From: Macrostomum hystrix
Taxonomy: Eukaryota; Animalia; Platyhelminthes
DNA: 64,000 bases
Assembly: GCA_950097015.1 (NCBI GenBank)
Contig: CATNEN010000001.1
Coordinates: 7,068,001-7,132,000, forward strand
Reading direction: 5' to 3'
Under the pieces are notes generated by a model, which saw nothing but the letters and a program-made list of their open reading frames with translations, did no database searches and was not told where the DNA came from. A program made the position numbers and the translations under genes. Positions within the stretch are counted from its first letter, which is position 1. Every line of letters starts with the position of its first letter. This document shows positions 35,950 through 60,582 of this stretch, in pieces.

Positions 35950-36256
35950 GAATAATACCCCCCTGATTTCGTTTCTTTGGCCTAGGAAAGGCTGAGGACG
36001 CGTTTCTTGGCCGAGGCGAAGCCGAAGGTATATATAAAAGGCCATAGACAACGATTTCAGGGGGGTATTATAGTATTTAATCCTAAAGCTTGGCCCGGCT
36101 CACGAGATTGCAAACCTAAAACTGTTTACAGCAACTGTGACCATAGACTATATGTTTAATCGGCCTAGGCCGTTAAATCATTTAACCGCCTAGGCCGATT
36201 AAATAATAAATGCACAGAATTAATAGCCAATAGGCCAGGCCAAGCTGGGGATTAAT
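35950..36256. mobile_element. Non-coding double fold-back element (putative non-autonomous DNA transposon)
   Basis: Inverted repeat 35952-35966/36057-36071 around CCGAGGCGAAGCCGAAGG, and a second inverted repeat 36077-36100/36233-36255 enclosing a palindrome at 36155-36203. Confidence 0.55.
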
Positions 36257-37337
36257 GTAAAACAGGAATTCACAATGCAATACCTAAAAGCCAAAGTTAA
36301 TATCTCCCTTTTAGTGAAAAGAAAGAAAGAAAAATATAACGAGTCTTTCAACAATATTTATGAGCCGCAGTTTACAATTAGAACACGCAGACAATTTTTT
36401 GTATTGCACCCGACCGGAGCAACGCAACGCAACGCAACGCACGAATATTATACACGAATTAGCACTGCGCCTCAGTGCGGTCTTGCCAGGCCTTCAAAAC
36501 TCATCAGCAAGTCACCCGAATGTGCCCGCATAATCCCCGTCTTCGGTGGTCACCTATCTTTATCTAGACGGACTGCTGAACATTCAAGGGCTACAACAGG
36601 TGGAACTAGGCCACTATGGACACCCTGTCAGAGAATTTCTCAAATTTCACTGATCAAGCCTAAATTCCCCTGGGTATATAAAAAGGCGAGAAAATGGCTT
36701 GGAGTCCCACTGTTTCGCCGACAAAGATAGATTTAATAGTAGAAAAGTTAGTGAAAATGTGTGAAAAAGTATTATTAACTCATTAATAAATAATGAATAA
36801 ACTAAAATATCAAGTGGATTACGACAATTACGCAATTACGACATTATAAAATTAACTTTTATAACAAACATTTACATATCAAAGAAATCAGAAACTAGGA
36901 TATATGAATAACAAAAACTGGATCATGTGCACAAAACACGACTGACTGTTTAGTGTATTTACAATCACAGTAATGACGACAGCTAAAACACAACGTACTG
37001 AAAATCCAAAGATCAATATTATCGGTTAGATGAAAGAGAAAGATAATATTATGAAATATTTAATTATCCGTTACTAACATTGGAGAAATATATATTCAAA
37101 GAGTACTTTGTCACTAATTCTAGCATTGCTAATAGGCAAGTAGCCAGTTAGTAGCAGAATTGGAATCTTTGTAACCACTACAGAGACAAAGGAAAGGGCC
37201 AGATGTACAGGCAGTGGTACAGCAATCACCCGACAAAATTACCTAATTATCAAAGACTAGGACACTCCGTACCATTTGGGAGTATGACATTTGCTTGCCG
37301 ATGTCTGCTTAAAAGAAGTTCGCTTGCAGTTTTTGCA

Positions 37338-37613
37338 GGGGTCGGTGGCAGAGCGGTTAACGCGTTTGCCTCTCGCACCAAGGTCCCTAAGTTCGATTCC
37401 GCGGCAAGGCCACATTCATTTGGGGCGCAGCTGCAGAGAGAAGGCTTGGGGGCTTGGGAGCGTATGCCTGCATATACTGTATCTGTGTGCGTGTGTGCTC
37501 AGGAGTCAGCGAAACGGGCAGAATTGCCTCCTCGCTGGCTGCGGGTCTAGTGTCACCAAATGATGTGCCATTGCCCGCAGCCATCCTGCAGTTATTATTA
37601 ATATTATTATTAT
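37338..37613 (+). mobile_element. tRNA-derived SINE family 1 (reference copy)
   Basis: Pol III A box TGGCAGAGCGG and B box GTTCGATTCC, a shared body (GGCCACATTCATTTGGGGCGCAGC...GAGTCAGCGAAA.GGGCAGAATTGCCTCCTCGCTGGCTGCGGGTCTAGTGTCACCAAATG) and an (ATT)n tail. Confidence 0.85.
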
Positions 37614-38087
37614 TCCAGTTGTGATATTTACATTGTCTAAGCTTTTAAGCTAGTTTTAGAGTTTCATACGAATGATTTAGTATATAGATAGGGATCATTA
37701 GCAGGATAATTTGTGGTACTACCGGATTTCAGCTCGATTAAACAGAAATAAAATTATTAACTCTATTAATAGGCAGAGCTATGACCTAACTACGAGTTAC
37801 AATAATAACTGTTTCCTAGATCGAATATATGTTTGTATTAAGTAGTCCACTTAAACACTAGTAGAGTGGAATTGTTCTTGTCGCTCAAAAGCAAAATTCC
37901 TGAAAGCCAACTTCGGCAAGCCAATTTCATAGACCCGTACCATTGCTTAAACAGTTAAGCAGCAAAAGCACAAAGCACCAAGAAAATTTCTGAAAAAAAC
38001 TGGGATAAAAACGAAAATAGGAAATAAGAAGCGGACTAACAAACAGAGAAACTAAAAAAATGATGTTATAAAACTGGCATTCTTCAC

Positions 38088-43209
<5,122 letters not shown>

Positions 43210-43332
43210 GGTGACCACTTTGATTCTATTATATTATTAATTAATAACTGGCGGCCGACTAAGGCGCAATGATCATTTCAATGCGCCGAAGCAGTTACTG
43301 GTCTCTGAAAGCAAAGAAATGTACGAGTTGGT

Positions 43333-44597
43333 ACACGGCACTTACCAATCCCTGAATACTAGCTGTCACATCCCCTAAATACACGGCACTTACCAATCCC
43401 TGAATACTAGCTGTCACATCCCCTAAATACACGGCACTTACCAATCCCTGAATACTAGCTGTCACATCCCCCAAATACACGGCACTTACCAATCCCTGAA
43501 TACTAGCTGTCACATCCCCTAAATACACGGCACTTACCAATCCCGGAATACTAGCTGTCACATCCCCTAAATACACGGCACTTACCAATCCCTGAATACT
43601 AGCTGTCACATCCCCTAAATACACGGCACTTACCAATCCCTGAATACTAGCTGTCACATCCCCTAAATACACGGCACTTACCAATCCCTGAATACTAGCT
43701 GTCACATCCCCTAAATACACGGCACTTACCAATACCTGAATACTAGCTGTCACATCCCCTAAATACACGGCACTTACCAATCCCTGAATACTAGCTGTCA
43801 CATCCCCTAAATACACGGCACTTACCAATCCCTGAATACTAGCTGTCACATCCCCTAAATACACGGCACTTACCAATCCCAAAATACTAGCTGTCACATC
43901 CCCTAAATACACGGCACTTACCAATCCCAAAATACTAGCTGTCACATCCCCTAAATACACGGCACTTACCAATCCCTGAATACTAGCTGTCACATCCCCT
44001 AAATACACGGCACTTACCAATCCCTGAATACTAGCTGTCACATCCCCTAAATACACGGCACTTACCAATCCCTGAATACTAGCTCTGTCACATCCCCTAA
44101 ATACACGGCACTTACCAATCCCAAAATACTAGCTGTCACATCCCCTAAATACACGGCACTTACCAATCCCAAAATACTAGCTGTCACATCCCCCAAATAC
44201 ACGGCACTTACCAATCCCAGAATACTAGCTGTCACATCCCCCAAATACACGGCACTTACCAATCCCAAAATACTAGCTGTCACATCCCCTAAATACACGG
44301 CACTTACCAATCCCAAAATACTAGCTCTGTCACATCCCCTAAATACACGGCACTTACCAATCCCAAAATACTAGCTCTGTCACATCCCCTAAATACACGG
44401 CACTTACCAATCCCAAAATACTAGCTCTGTCACATCCCCTAAATACACGGCACTTACCAATCCCAAAATACTAGCTGTCACATCCCCTAAATACACGGCA
44501 CTTACCAATCCCAAAATACTAGCTCTGTCACATCCCCTAAATACACGGCACTTACCAATCCCAAAATACTAGCTCTGTCACATCCCCTAAATACTAG
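43333..44597. repeat. 48/50-bp minisatellite upstream of the BTBD10 ATG; each unit has G|GTAAGT on the gene strand
   Basis: About 26 copies of ACACGGCACTTACCAATCCCTGAATACTAGCTGTCACATCCCCTAAAT. Confidence 0.97.
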
Positions 44598-45129
44598 CTA
44601 ACCCTAGAATTCTGTTTTCGATAACAAAATGAACAAGGATACACGTGAGTGTGTATGTTTATAGCCTAAAATAAAAATAATACATGTACCCAGAGGCCTT
44701 TGGCAATATTTACAGGAATGATATTAGCCAAGCTTTACCAGTTTGAAGATAAAGAAATTTAATTTAAGGAATGGTTGCCATATTGGCTAAATATAGTAAC
44801 TAGTTAAAATCAGGTTTTCTTGCCTTTGCTATCTTTAAAAAAACATTTACCATGCTCAAGAAATTTAAGCATTGGTATAAATGACTTCGAAATGCTAAAA
44901 AACTAGCATCATAAGCAAATGTTAAAAGCACCGATAAAATCTATAAAAGTATGCCATAAATAATGAGCGATATAATGGTAACTAATGTTAACAATAAGAA
45001 GAGCTTAATTTCTGGAATGTGTTAATGAAAAATAATGATTACGCAATTTACAAACGCTATTGAATTACAATAAAATTATGAGTATTAGGACGTATGAAAA
45101 AAAGACACTAAACTAAGCTGTTAAACTAA

Positions 45130-45345
45130 CAAAGGTTCGTGAGCTCGATTCTGCGGCCAGGCCACATTAAATTGGTGAGCAGTCACGGAGAGAAGGCTTA
45201 GGGGCTCGCTCAATTTAAGAAGTTGAGGGCCAATCGCCAAGGCACAGTGAGAAGTGTACACTGCCTGATGATGAGAAAGTCAGGACAGATGTACACACCT
45301 GTGAGCGAGCTCCTGCGTACAGTATCTGTGTGCGTGTATCTGTGT
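45130..45345 (+). mobile_element. SINE family 1, partial, just 3' of the Notum-like stop codon
   Basis: B-box remnant, GGCCACATT, GAGAAGGCTT and the internal hairpin segment. Confidence 0.7.
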
Positions 45346-45390
45346 CGAATCCCAGTACTTTGTTCATACGTCCAATTAAACAAACAAATT

Positions 45391-47410
45391 TCACACCGGA
45401 CAAGTCGGATTTGACGGATACTGGCCGTCAACTAAGTGCAACTTCAAAGGCTTATCAGTGAAATACCATCGACTGATAGCGCTGGCTAGGGACCAGCCTT
45501 CAACGCTGATCTTAGTCAATAGTGCATCGTGGACCAGATGACCCCTACTCCAACATGAGCACATCCATATAGAATCGCGTTCAGATTTCTTATCAATAGG
45601 ATTGATTGCGTCAACTAGAGCATTGCGTAGGCGTTCGTATTTGGCGTAGCTTTCCTCGTCACTGCGACAATCTATGATTGGACAGGCTACAGCGTACACA
45701 TTAACGGCTAGCCACCTGTCATAGTTACTGCCGGAAAAGAAGAATGCGGGTCTAGGAGCTTCGGCATCGTCGCCAACATCGCGTAGTAGATTGGCTAACA
45801 TTAGGCATTGCCAGGAGTTTAAACTGCGCTGCAGTTGATTTTGGTTAGCTAAACAGTCTTTTAGGCTAGGATTCTTTATCACGTGATGCGTTGCCATCAT
45901 CTGGCGCAGTCTGTAAGGTGATGGTAATACTATTGCAGCACAACTGTTCAAGCTGGAAGATCTGGGATATTGGCTGTTCAAGCTGGAAGATCTGGGATAT
46001 TGGCTGTTCAAGCTGGAAGATCTGGGATATTGGCTGTTCATGCTGGAGGATCTGGGAGATTAGCTGTTCAAGCTGGAGGATCTGGGAGATTGGTTGTTCA
46101 AGCTGCAGGATCTGGGATATTAGCTGTTCAAGCTGGATGATCTGGGAGATTGGCTGTTCAAGCTGAAGGATCTGGGAGATTGGCTGTTCAAGCTGGAGGA
46201 TCTGGGAGATTGGCTGTTCAAGCTGGAGGATCTGGGAGATTGGCTGTTCAAGCTGGAGGATCTGGGAGATTGGCTGTTCAAGCTGGAGGATCTGGGAGAT
46301 TGGCTGTTCAAGCTGGAGGATCTGGGAGATTGGCTGTTCAAGCTGGAGGATCTGGGAGATTAGCTGTTCAAGCTGAAAGCTCTGGTAGTTTTTTTTATAA
46401 AAAATGGGATCTAGGAGTGTTTTCTCGAACTAGAAGATCGGGAAATGTAGTCAACATGACCGGCATAACTTACCGTTCTATTAATACGGTCTCCTTATCA
46501 ATGAGCACAGATCCTTCAACAGCAAATTTGACTCGATTATAAGGAAATTGGCGCATAATTTCGGAGGCTGCTAACATCAAAGCAATGCCGCTGGATCCCT
46601 GACCAACAAACAGCAATCTAGCCTTGTGCGGCTGCATGCTACTGTGATAGCGGCGTCGCAGCCAATCAAGAGTGCTCCAGATCAAGTGATAGCCACGGCT
46701 GTACAAAACTTTGCCGGATACGTAAAAAGGAGCCGCGCGATAGCCTAAAAAGCCACTCCCATCGCAAGCGTGAATTACAGCTTTGGACCAGCTGTGAAAA
46801 TCGGGATTCATCTGTCACGGTTAAAATGAAAAACTCATTGCGCTTTATTGCAGCAAAAACGTTTAAAAAAATCCAAAAACCAAAGAAGGCGTACCTCCGG
46901 AGAATTAGACAACAATCCACCAAGCTCCAACGCATCCGGCAGATTCTGACTACTACCCTGCGGAGTCCGACTGCGCGCTAAACAGTCCTCTTCATCTAGG
47001 CACCAATAGAGGGAATCCTGGCCTAGGTAGATCACCCAATCAGGTCCAGTGTGAGACACGAACACTGCTGGTGGGCTGCCATCAAGGCACAGTGCCGATC
47101 CAGCAACAGACAATGGCAGAACATGCAGTTTAGCCATATTATTCGATGTGATAATTGAATAATGCTTAGCTGGACTCTTGCCAGTGTACAGCCATAACAA
47201 TAGCAAGGCGGTGCAAGTCACAGCAATAGCATAGCCAATCCAATGAAGCAGTTTGCGCAGTTGACGCCTAGACGGTACACTAATTGAGGTGGGAAACTTA
47301 GCCATGGATGATTGCAGGCACTCTGTATTAATGACACATTCAGCTGTAGCAGTTGGATCTGCTGTGGGCAACAACTTGTTAACTATGGGTTCATTCTGAA
47401 ATTGGTTCAT
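45391..47410 (-). CDS. Notum / pectin-acetylesterase family protein, 3 exons, ~457 aa, N-terminal membrane anchor, degenerate active site
   Basis: Exons 47410-46895, 46811-46474 and 45910-45391 (phases 0, 2; 1374 nt). Family motifs: CLDGSPP, W.IYL...WC.DEEDCLAR, GGLLSNSPEMNPDFHSW...IHACDG..F.G, RGYHLI and terminal YPSNPTCP. Confidence 0.88.
45943..46385. repeat. 30-bp minisatellite (CTGTTCAAGCTGGAGGATCTGGGAGATTGG)n in Notum-like intron 2
   Basis: About 14 copies. Confidence 0.95.
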
Positions 47411-48504
47411 TTTAGAAAAATGTTATTCATATTTTTTCTGAGCTAAGTCACTTCAAAGTAGTTGGGACAGTAATTGAATGTTTTTCTAACCTAAAATCAT
47501 GTTCATTCGACTTGTAATACTTTCATTACTTTAAGATAGAAATATATTGAAGATATATATTTAGTAGTAATTTACTTTTTGGTTAGGCATAAATATAGTT
47601 TTTTATAGTGCAATTAGCATCTCATAAGTCATGTAACAATGACATCATATGACAAAAATTCTTTGCAATTTTTTCAGGTCAGGTCATCCAAATAGAATGA
47701 AAATGCTAATATCAAGCATTATTCATATAGCACAATTTGCAAGCTTTATGACTCTAAGTTTACCCATGCAGCTAATGTTTGCTTTGTTAGCAACAAGAGT
47801 TAGTTATAGTTTTTGTATATTTTCATTAATTGTTATTTTTAGAGAACTACCACTAGTACTAATAATAATTACATATGATAACTTGCAAATATTTAAATAT
47901 ATAATATGTTGCCATGAACCAATGCCATGTTGGCCTAAAAAAGAAAAATGAAATAAGCCATAGGCCCAGATATAGTTCCAACCAAACACACACTTTTTTG
48001 GCTTAATATACAATTGACAAAGAGTTATTTTTACTCATAATGATTACATACTAATATTGACATAATATTATGGTTTCCTTAAATAAGTACTGTCATAGAC
48101 ATAGGCTTAGCTAACTAGCCTATTCAAGTTAAAAATGTGTCCAGTCAGATTATATTGCATCGGGGCCAAGCCTAAAAATTCTTGTTCCTTTGCACTACAT
48201 CTAAGATATATAGATATGTCAACTATGAACTTACAAATGAGTGATTTTGTCCTAAGAATCATCCATTTTATAAATTATATAGGCCTAATAGATCTATATT
48301 GTATGAGCTATATATCTTGCCATTACTCATAGTCATATACTATTTAAACAACTCTACCAAACATTCATGAATCCTTGTAATATAGCAATGCAATAACATG
48401 TATAGGGGATGGGGTCTATATAATAAATGTTTTTTTGTTCCTAACATTGCTAATTTTTGCTAACTTATTGATTATTACATTCTATTGCTAGCATAATAAT
48501 AAGC

Positions 48505-48780
48505 ATAATAATTACAGGAGGGCTGCAGGCAATGCTGATAGCAAATTCATAATTTGGTGACACTAAATATGCAGCCAACAAAGAGCCTTGAAAGAGGCAA
48601 TTCTACCCATGCACATTTCACTGACTCTTAAGCATACACATATAGATACCATATGCAGGCAGACACTAACACATGAGTGTACATCTGCTTTGTCTTTCTC
48701 ATTCTTAGGCAGAGTACAATTTTATGTGCTCAGGGACCTTGGTAAAAAGGCAAAAGAATTAGCCACTCTGCCACTTGCCA
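48505..48780 (-). mobile_element. SINE family 1, degenerate
   Basis: Diverged reverse-complement matches (TTTGGTGACACT, GCAGCCA, TGTACATCTGC, GGACCTTGGT, CTCTGCCAC). Confidence 0.6.
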
Positions 48781-50478
48781 AGCCCACTTATTGAGCACTA
48801 ACCAACCACATTTTAATATTTTAGATTGATAAGTTATTATAGGCCCTAACAATGTTGTTGAGACAGACATTAGAATTATATACTAAATTCTAAAAAATAA
48901 GCTATATTTTTGATATCGTATTGCAGAGATGGATGGTACAATATTTTCGAGTCTAAGAAATGAGAAATACAATACTGTACAAAGCTAATGAATGCATGAT
49001 TGAGAATGCTATTAATGCCTTTTAATGGGCATATGTTCAAAGCAACGACAGAATTGTTAAGCAACTGGTCGAAATTCCCTAATTAGTATATGCTATTCAT
49101 GCTAATATCAAGGGCTAGTCTCCAGGAACACCACGATGCTAGTCCTGCAAGCCCATGTGATAATTGTCACATTAGCCCCATGCAGTCCTCACTCTGTCGG
49201 ATGCTGCCCGCTCTGAGTTGAACTTAACTTAACGACAATACTTGTTGAAACTTAAATGACTCAGTCGCAAATATTAAAGAAATGATTGATTCCGTAGTTT
49301 TGATTCAACTGTGTGCTTATTTCAAGGGTGCATGCATGCGAAGTAAAATATTGAGAAAATGTTTTACTGCTCTCAAGCTGCGAACGAAAATTTAGTCTTA
49401 CAATTTCAACTTGTTTATTTTTTCTTTCAATTATCGCTCGTTTTGCTCGTCGCTGCATAGTCTATGGCAGAGTTGCAGCGTAATTAAACTTATTGAGCAA
49501 CGCTAGGCAATTAAAATTTCTAGATGAGCTGTGATAGAGTACGTATTATTAGTATTTTAAGCCTGTTTTGTTTTGTCTATTGTCACCAACTGTGTATTTC
49601 TAAAATGTGTAGCTAATATTTTTTATTGTTAGTAAAGTCTACAAATGAATTACAGAATGAAGCAAAATTTTTATTCTATGAAATTTCGCAATAATTATTA
49701 AACATTTTATACATATGTCTTGAGCATTATTTGTAAGGTTACTTTTATATTCAATTACAATTTTCATCTAAATATGCTTATTTAAACTAGGGCACCAATA
49801 TTTTTATATGATTATATAAACAATTTGTTGATAAATGCTATATACATTTTGTAATAGGTTTTTATCGTATTTTCCTGTTGTGTTTTTCGAGTCTTAAAAT
49901 TAAGCCTTCACCATCAAATTTTGCTTTTCGAGTAGTTGATCTAATTTACACTTTGATAACACTGAGAGTTCTATAATATAGTTGTGACTTGTGTATCTTT
50001 AAATATGTATTTATTCTGCAATGTCATATGATTTCCATATGTAGTTTAGAAAAAACAAGTTGCCTAAGTGCTGTTTTTGTAAAAAATATGCTTGAAAGCT
50101 TGATTGCTAACATATTTTAAATTCTAAGCACTTATTATTAGTGTAATGAAAACTGTTATAAAATTTTAATGTTTTCGTGATGACTATCATAGGACTCGTT
50201 TTCTAATTCGGAACTATGCTCGTATAACTCATGGGTACTTAAGTGAACAAATAGTTCCCTCATCGTGCAATCTTCAGCCAACGCAAACTGGTTCTGTGTG
50301 CGTTAACCGCAGCAACCCCCCTAGCATCTGCCGCGCCTGCAGTCGCAGCACTTGGCAACCCGCTCTCTCCTCGCCGCTAGCAACGCGGCGGGCCTTTTGT
50401 TACTTTCTGTTAGCTTAAATCCGCATTTTTTTCAAAGGAAGATTTGACACACTCAATAAGCAGAAGCGGCAGCGCACG

Positions 50479-56770
<6,292 letters not shown>

Positions 56771-56801
56771 GTGAGTGAATGGCCGCCTGTTGACAGATTG
56801 G

Positions 56802-57470
56802 GTTCAGTGTTAGACAGACCAGTTCAGTGTTAGACATACCAGTTCAGTGTTAGACATACCAGTTCAGTGTTAGATAGACCAGTTCAGTGTTAGATAGACC
56901 AGTTCAGTGTTAGACAGACCAGTTCATTGTTAGACAGACCAGTTCAGTGTTAGACATACCAGTTCAGTGTTAGATAGATCAGTTTATTGTTAGACAGACC
57001 AGTTCAGTGTTAGACAGACCAGTTCATTGTTAGATAGACCAGTTCAGTGTTAGACAGACCAGTTCATTCTTAGATAGACCAGTTCATTGTTAGATAAACC
57101 AGTTCAGTGTTAGACAGACCAGTTCATTCTTAATCAGACCAGTTCAGTGTTAGATAGACCAGTTTATTGTTAGACATACCAGTTCATTCTTAATCAGACC
57201 AGTTCAGTGTTTGACATACCAGTTCAGTGTTAGACAGACCAGTTCAGTGTTAGACATACCAGTTCAGTGTTAGACAGACTAGTTCAGTGTTAGACAGACC
57301 AGTTCAGTGTTAGACAGACCAGTTCAGTGTTAGACAGACTAGTTCAGTGTTAAACAGACCAGTTCAGTGTTAGACAGACCAGTTCAGTGTTAGACAGACC
57401 AGTTCAGTGTTAGACAGACCAGTTCAGTGTTAGACAGACCAGTTCATTCTTAATCAGACCAGTTCAGTGT
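56802..57470. repeat. 20-bp minisatellite (AGTTCAGTGTTAGACAGACC)n at the start of unc80 intron 3
   Basis: About 33 copies. Confidence 0.96.
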
Positions 57471-57774
57471 CTGAACATGAAGATCCTACAAACCTACAAG
57501 CTTAACGAAGCAGACTTTTTAGTATAATTGATAGCAGGGACTTACAATTATCTTCTTTCAATATAAACATTCGATTGCGGATATACTAGCTAAATCTTTT
57601 ATGATTGGATGTCTCGTTAGTTTAGTCTGAAAATATTTCCAAATTGGGATGAACACTTCAAAATAACAAGAACAAGATTTAGGTCATGATTAAGATCATA
57701 AAAGTCCCAAACTGTTTTAATTACATGAACTAGCACGCCTATAGATATAACCGTTAGCACAGGGAAAATTTCCT

Positions 57775-59880
57775 CCACTCTCTCCTATCTAATAATTCGT
57801 ATCTGTCTCTACTCTCTCCTATCTACTAATTCGTATCTGTCTCTACTCTCTCCTATCTACTAATTCATATCTGTCCCAACTCTCTCCTATCTACTAATTC
57901 ATATCTGTCTCTACTCTCTCCCATCTACTAATTCATATCTGTCTCTACTCTCTCCTATCTACTAATTCATATCTGTCTCTACTCTCTCCTATCTACTAAT
58001 TCATATCTGTCTCTACTCTCTCCTATCTACTAAATCATATCTGTCTCTACTCTCTCCTATCTACTAATTCATATCTGTCTCTACTCTCTCCTATCTACTA
58101 ATTCATATCTGTCTCTACTCTATCCTATCTACTAATTCATATCTGTCTCTACTCTCTCCTATCTACTAATTCATATCTGTCTCTACTCTCTCCTATCTAC
58201 TAATTCATATCTGTCTCTACTCTCTCCTATCTACTAATTCATATCTGTCTCTACTCTATCCTATCTACTAATTCATATCTGTCCCTACTCTCTCCTATCT
58301 ACTAATTCATATCTGTCCCTACTCTCTCCTATCTACTAATTCATATCTGTCTCTACTCTCTCCTATCTACTAATTCATATCTGTCTCTACTCTCTCCCAT
58401 CTACTAATTCATATCTGTCTCTACTCTCTCCTATCTACTAATTCATATCTGTCTCTACTCTCTCCTATCTACTAATTCATATCTGTCTCGACTCTCTCCT
58501 ATCTACTAAATCATATCTGTCTCTACTCTCTCCTATCTACTATATCATATCTGTCCCTACTCTCTCCTATCTACTAATTCATATCTGTCCCTACTCTCTC
58601 CTATCTACTAATTCATATCTGTCCCTACTCTCTCCTATCTACTAATTCATATCTGTCTCTACTCTCTCCTATCTACTAATTCATATCTGTCTCTACTCTC
58701 TCCCATCTACTAATTCATATCTGTCCCTACTCTCTCCCATCTACTAATTCATATCTGTCTCTACTCTCTCCCATCTACTAATTCATTTCTGTCTCTACTC
58801 TCTCCTATCTACTAATTCATATCTGTCTCTACTCTCTCCTATCTACTAATTCATATCTGTCTCTACTCTCTCCTATCTACTAATTCATATCTGTCTCTAC
58901 TCTCTCCTATCTACTAATTCATATCTGTCTCTACTCTCTCCTATCTACTAATTCATATCTGTCTCTACTCTCTCCTATCTACTAATTCATATCTGTCTCT
59001 ACTCTCTCCTATCTACTAATTCATGTCTGTCTCTACTCTCTCCTATCTACTAATTAATATCTGTCTCGACTCTCTCCTATCTACTAATTCATATCTGTCT
59101 CTACTCTCTCCTATCTACTAATTCATATCTGTCTCTACTCTCTCCTATCTACTAATTCATATCTGTCTCTACTCTCTCCCATCTACTAATTCATATCTGT
59201 CTCTACTCTCTCCCATCTACTAATTCATTTCTGTCTCTACTCTCTCCTATATACTAATTCATATCTGTCTCTACTCTCTCCTATCTACTAATTCATATCT
59301 GTCTCTACTCTCTCCTATCTACTAATTCATATCTGTCTCTACTCTCTCCTATCTACTAAATCATATCTGTCTCTACTCTCTCCTATCTACTAATTCATAT
59401 CTGTCCCTACTCTCTCCTATCTACTAATTCATATCTGTCCCTACTCTCTCCTATCTACTAATTCATATCTGTCTCTACTCTCTCCTATCTACTAATTCAT
59501 ATCTGTCTCTACTCTCTCCCATCTACTAATTCATATCTGTCTCTACTCTCTCCCATCTACTAATTCATATCTGTCCCTACTCTCTCCCATCTACTAATTC
59601 ATATCTGTCTCTACTCTCTCCTATCTACTAATTCATATCTGTCTCTACTCTCTCCCATCTACTAATTCATATCTGTCCCTACTCTCTCCCATCTACTAAT
59701 TCATATCTGTCTCTACTCTCTCCCATCTACTAATTCATATCTGTCTCTACTCTCTCCCATCTACTAATTCATTTCTGTCTCTACTCTCTCCTATCTACTA
59801 ATTAATATCTGTCTCTACTCTCTCCTATCTACTAATTAATATCTGTCTCTACTCTCTCCTATCTACTAATCCATATCTCT
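57775..59880. repeat. 34-bp minisatellite (CTACTCTCTCCTATCTACTAATTCATATCTGTCT)n
   Basis: About 62 copies. Confidence 0.97.
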
Positions 59881-60582
59881 ATTTAGTATTTCCTGTCGAC
59901 CCAAAACTAAAAAAATCTAATTTAGCCACTTTAGCCGCCTCGGCCTATTCAATTAAACCCTAGAGACTAGCAAAAAATTGAATAATGGGTTGAACGAGTA
60001 TCAATTATTGTGTTCCCATTTTGCGTGCGGGTCTAATCAGAATTACAAGCCACTATAGATTAACAAATTATTATACAAAGCATGCCTCCGCTTGTTTTAA
60101 AAAATGCACAGTTTTAGGCAGAAAATAGGAAAATTTTCTTTTTTTAAGCAGCCTTAAATAGCAATCGGTCGGAAATATAGACAAGACTGGTTGGAATGCA
60201 GCTATTTTGAATATGCCACGGCTTATAGAAGGCATTTTGTTCCTGCATCAAATGGCAGAGCATCAAATGGCAGGGCATCAAATGGAAAACTAATTTTTTT
60301 TGCTGAAACGGAGGCCGCTGCAGATCTCCCATGCATATTTGCGCAATTCCCTCGAGGGTATGCCGCGGTTATTTTTTGAAATGGATGCCTCTCTCTCTCC
60401 TTCTCCTCTTTTCTCTCCCTCTCCATCCCTCTCTTCTCTTTCCTATGTATGTCGATTCTCTGTGTTATGTAGAAGCGTTCACTGTATAAAGTACCACTCC
60501 ATTTAAAGCAGGGGTCGCCACACTAACACGTATATATATGCCTGTACGGTCAAAGATACGGGCGTACTACAACGGGTTGAAA

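Noticed and set aside
43295-44316. 257-aa and 84-aa repetitive ORFs (GLVSAVYLGDVTASIQ)n
   Set aside because: They arise from a 48-bp unit that lacks stops in one frame. The starts are TTG, 2-bp insertions break the frame, and there is no unique coding flank.
45911-46041. NSQYPRSSSL repeats at the start of the 216-aa ORF
   Set aside because: Intronic 30-bp satellite read in frame; the real exon starts at 45910.
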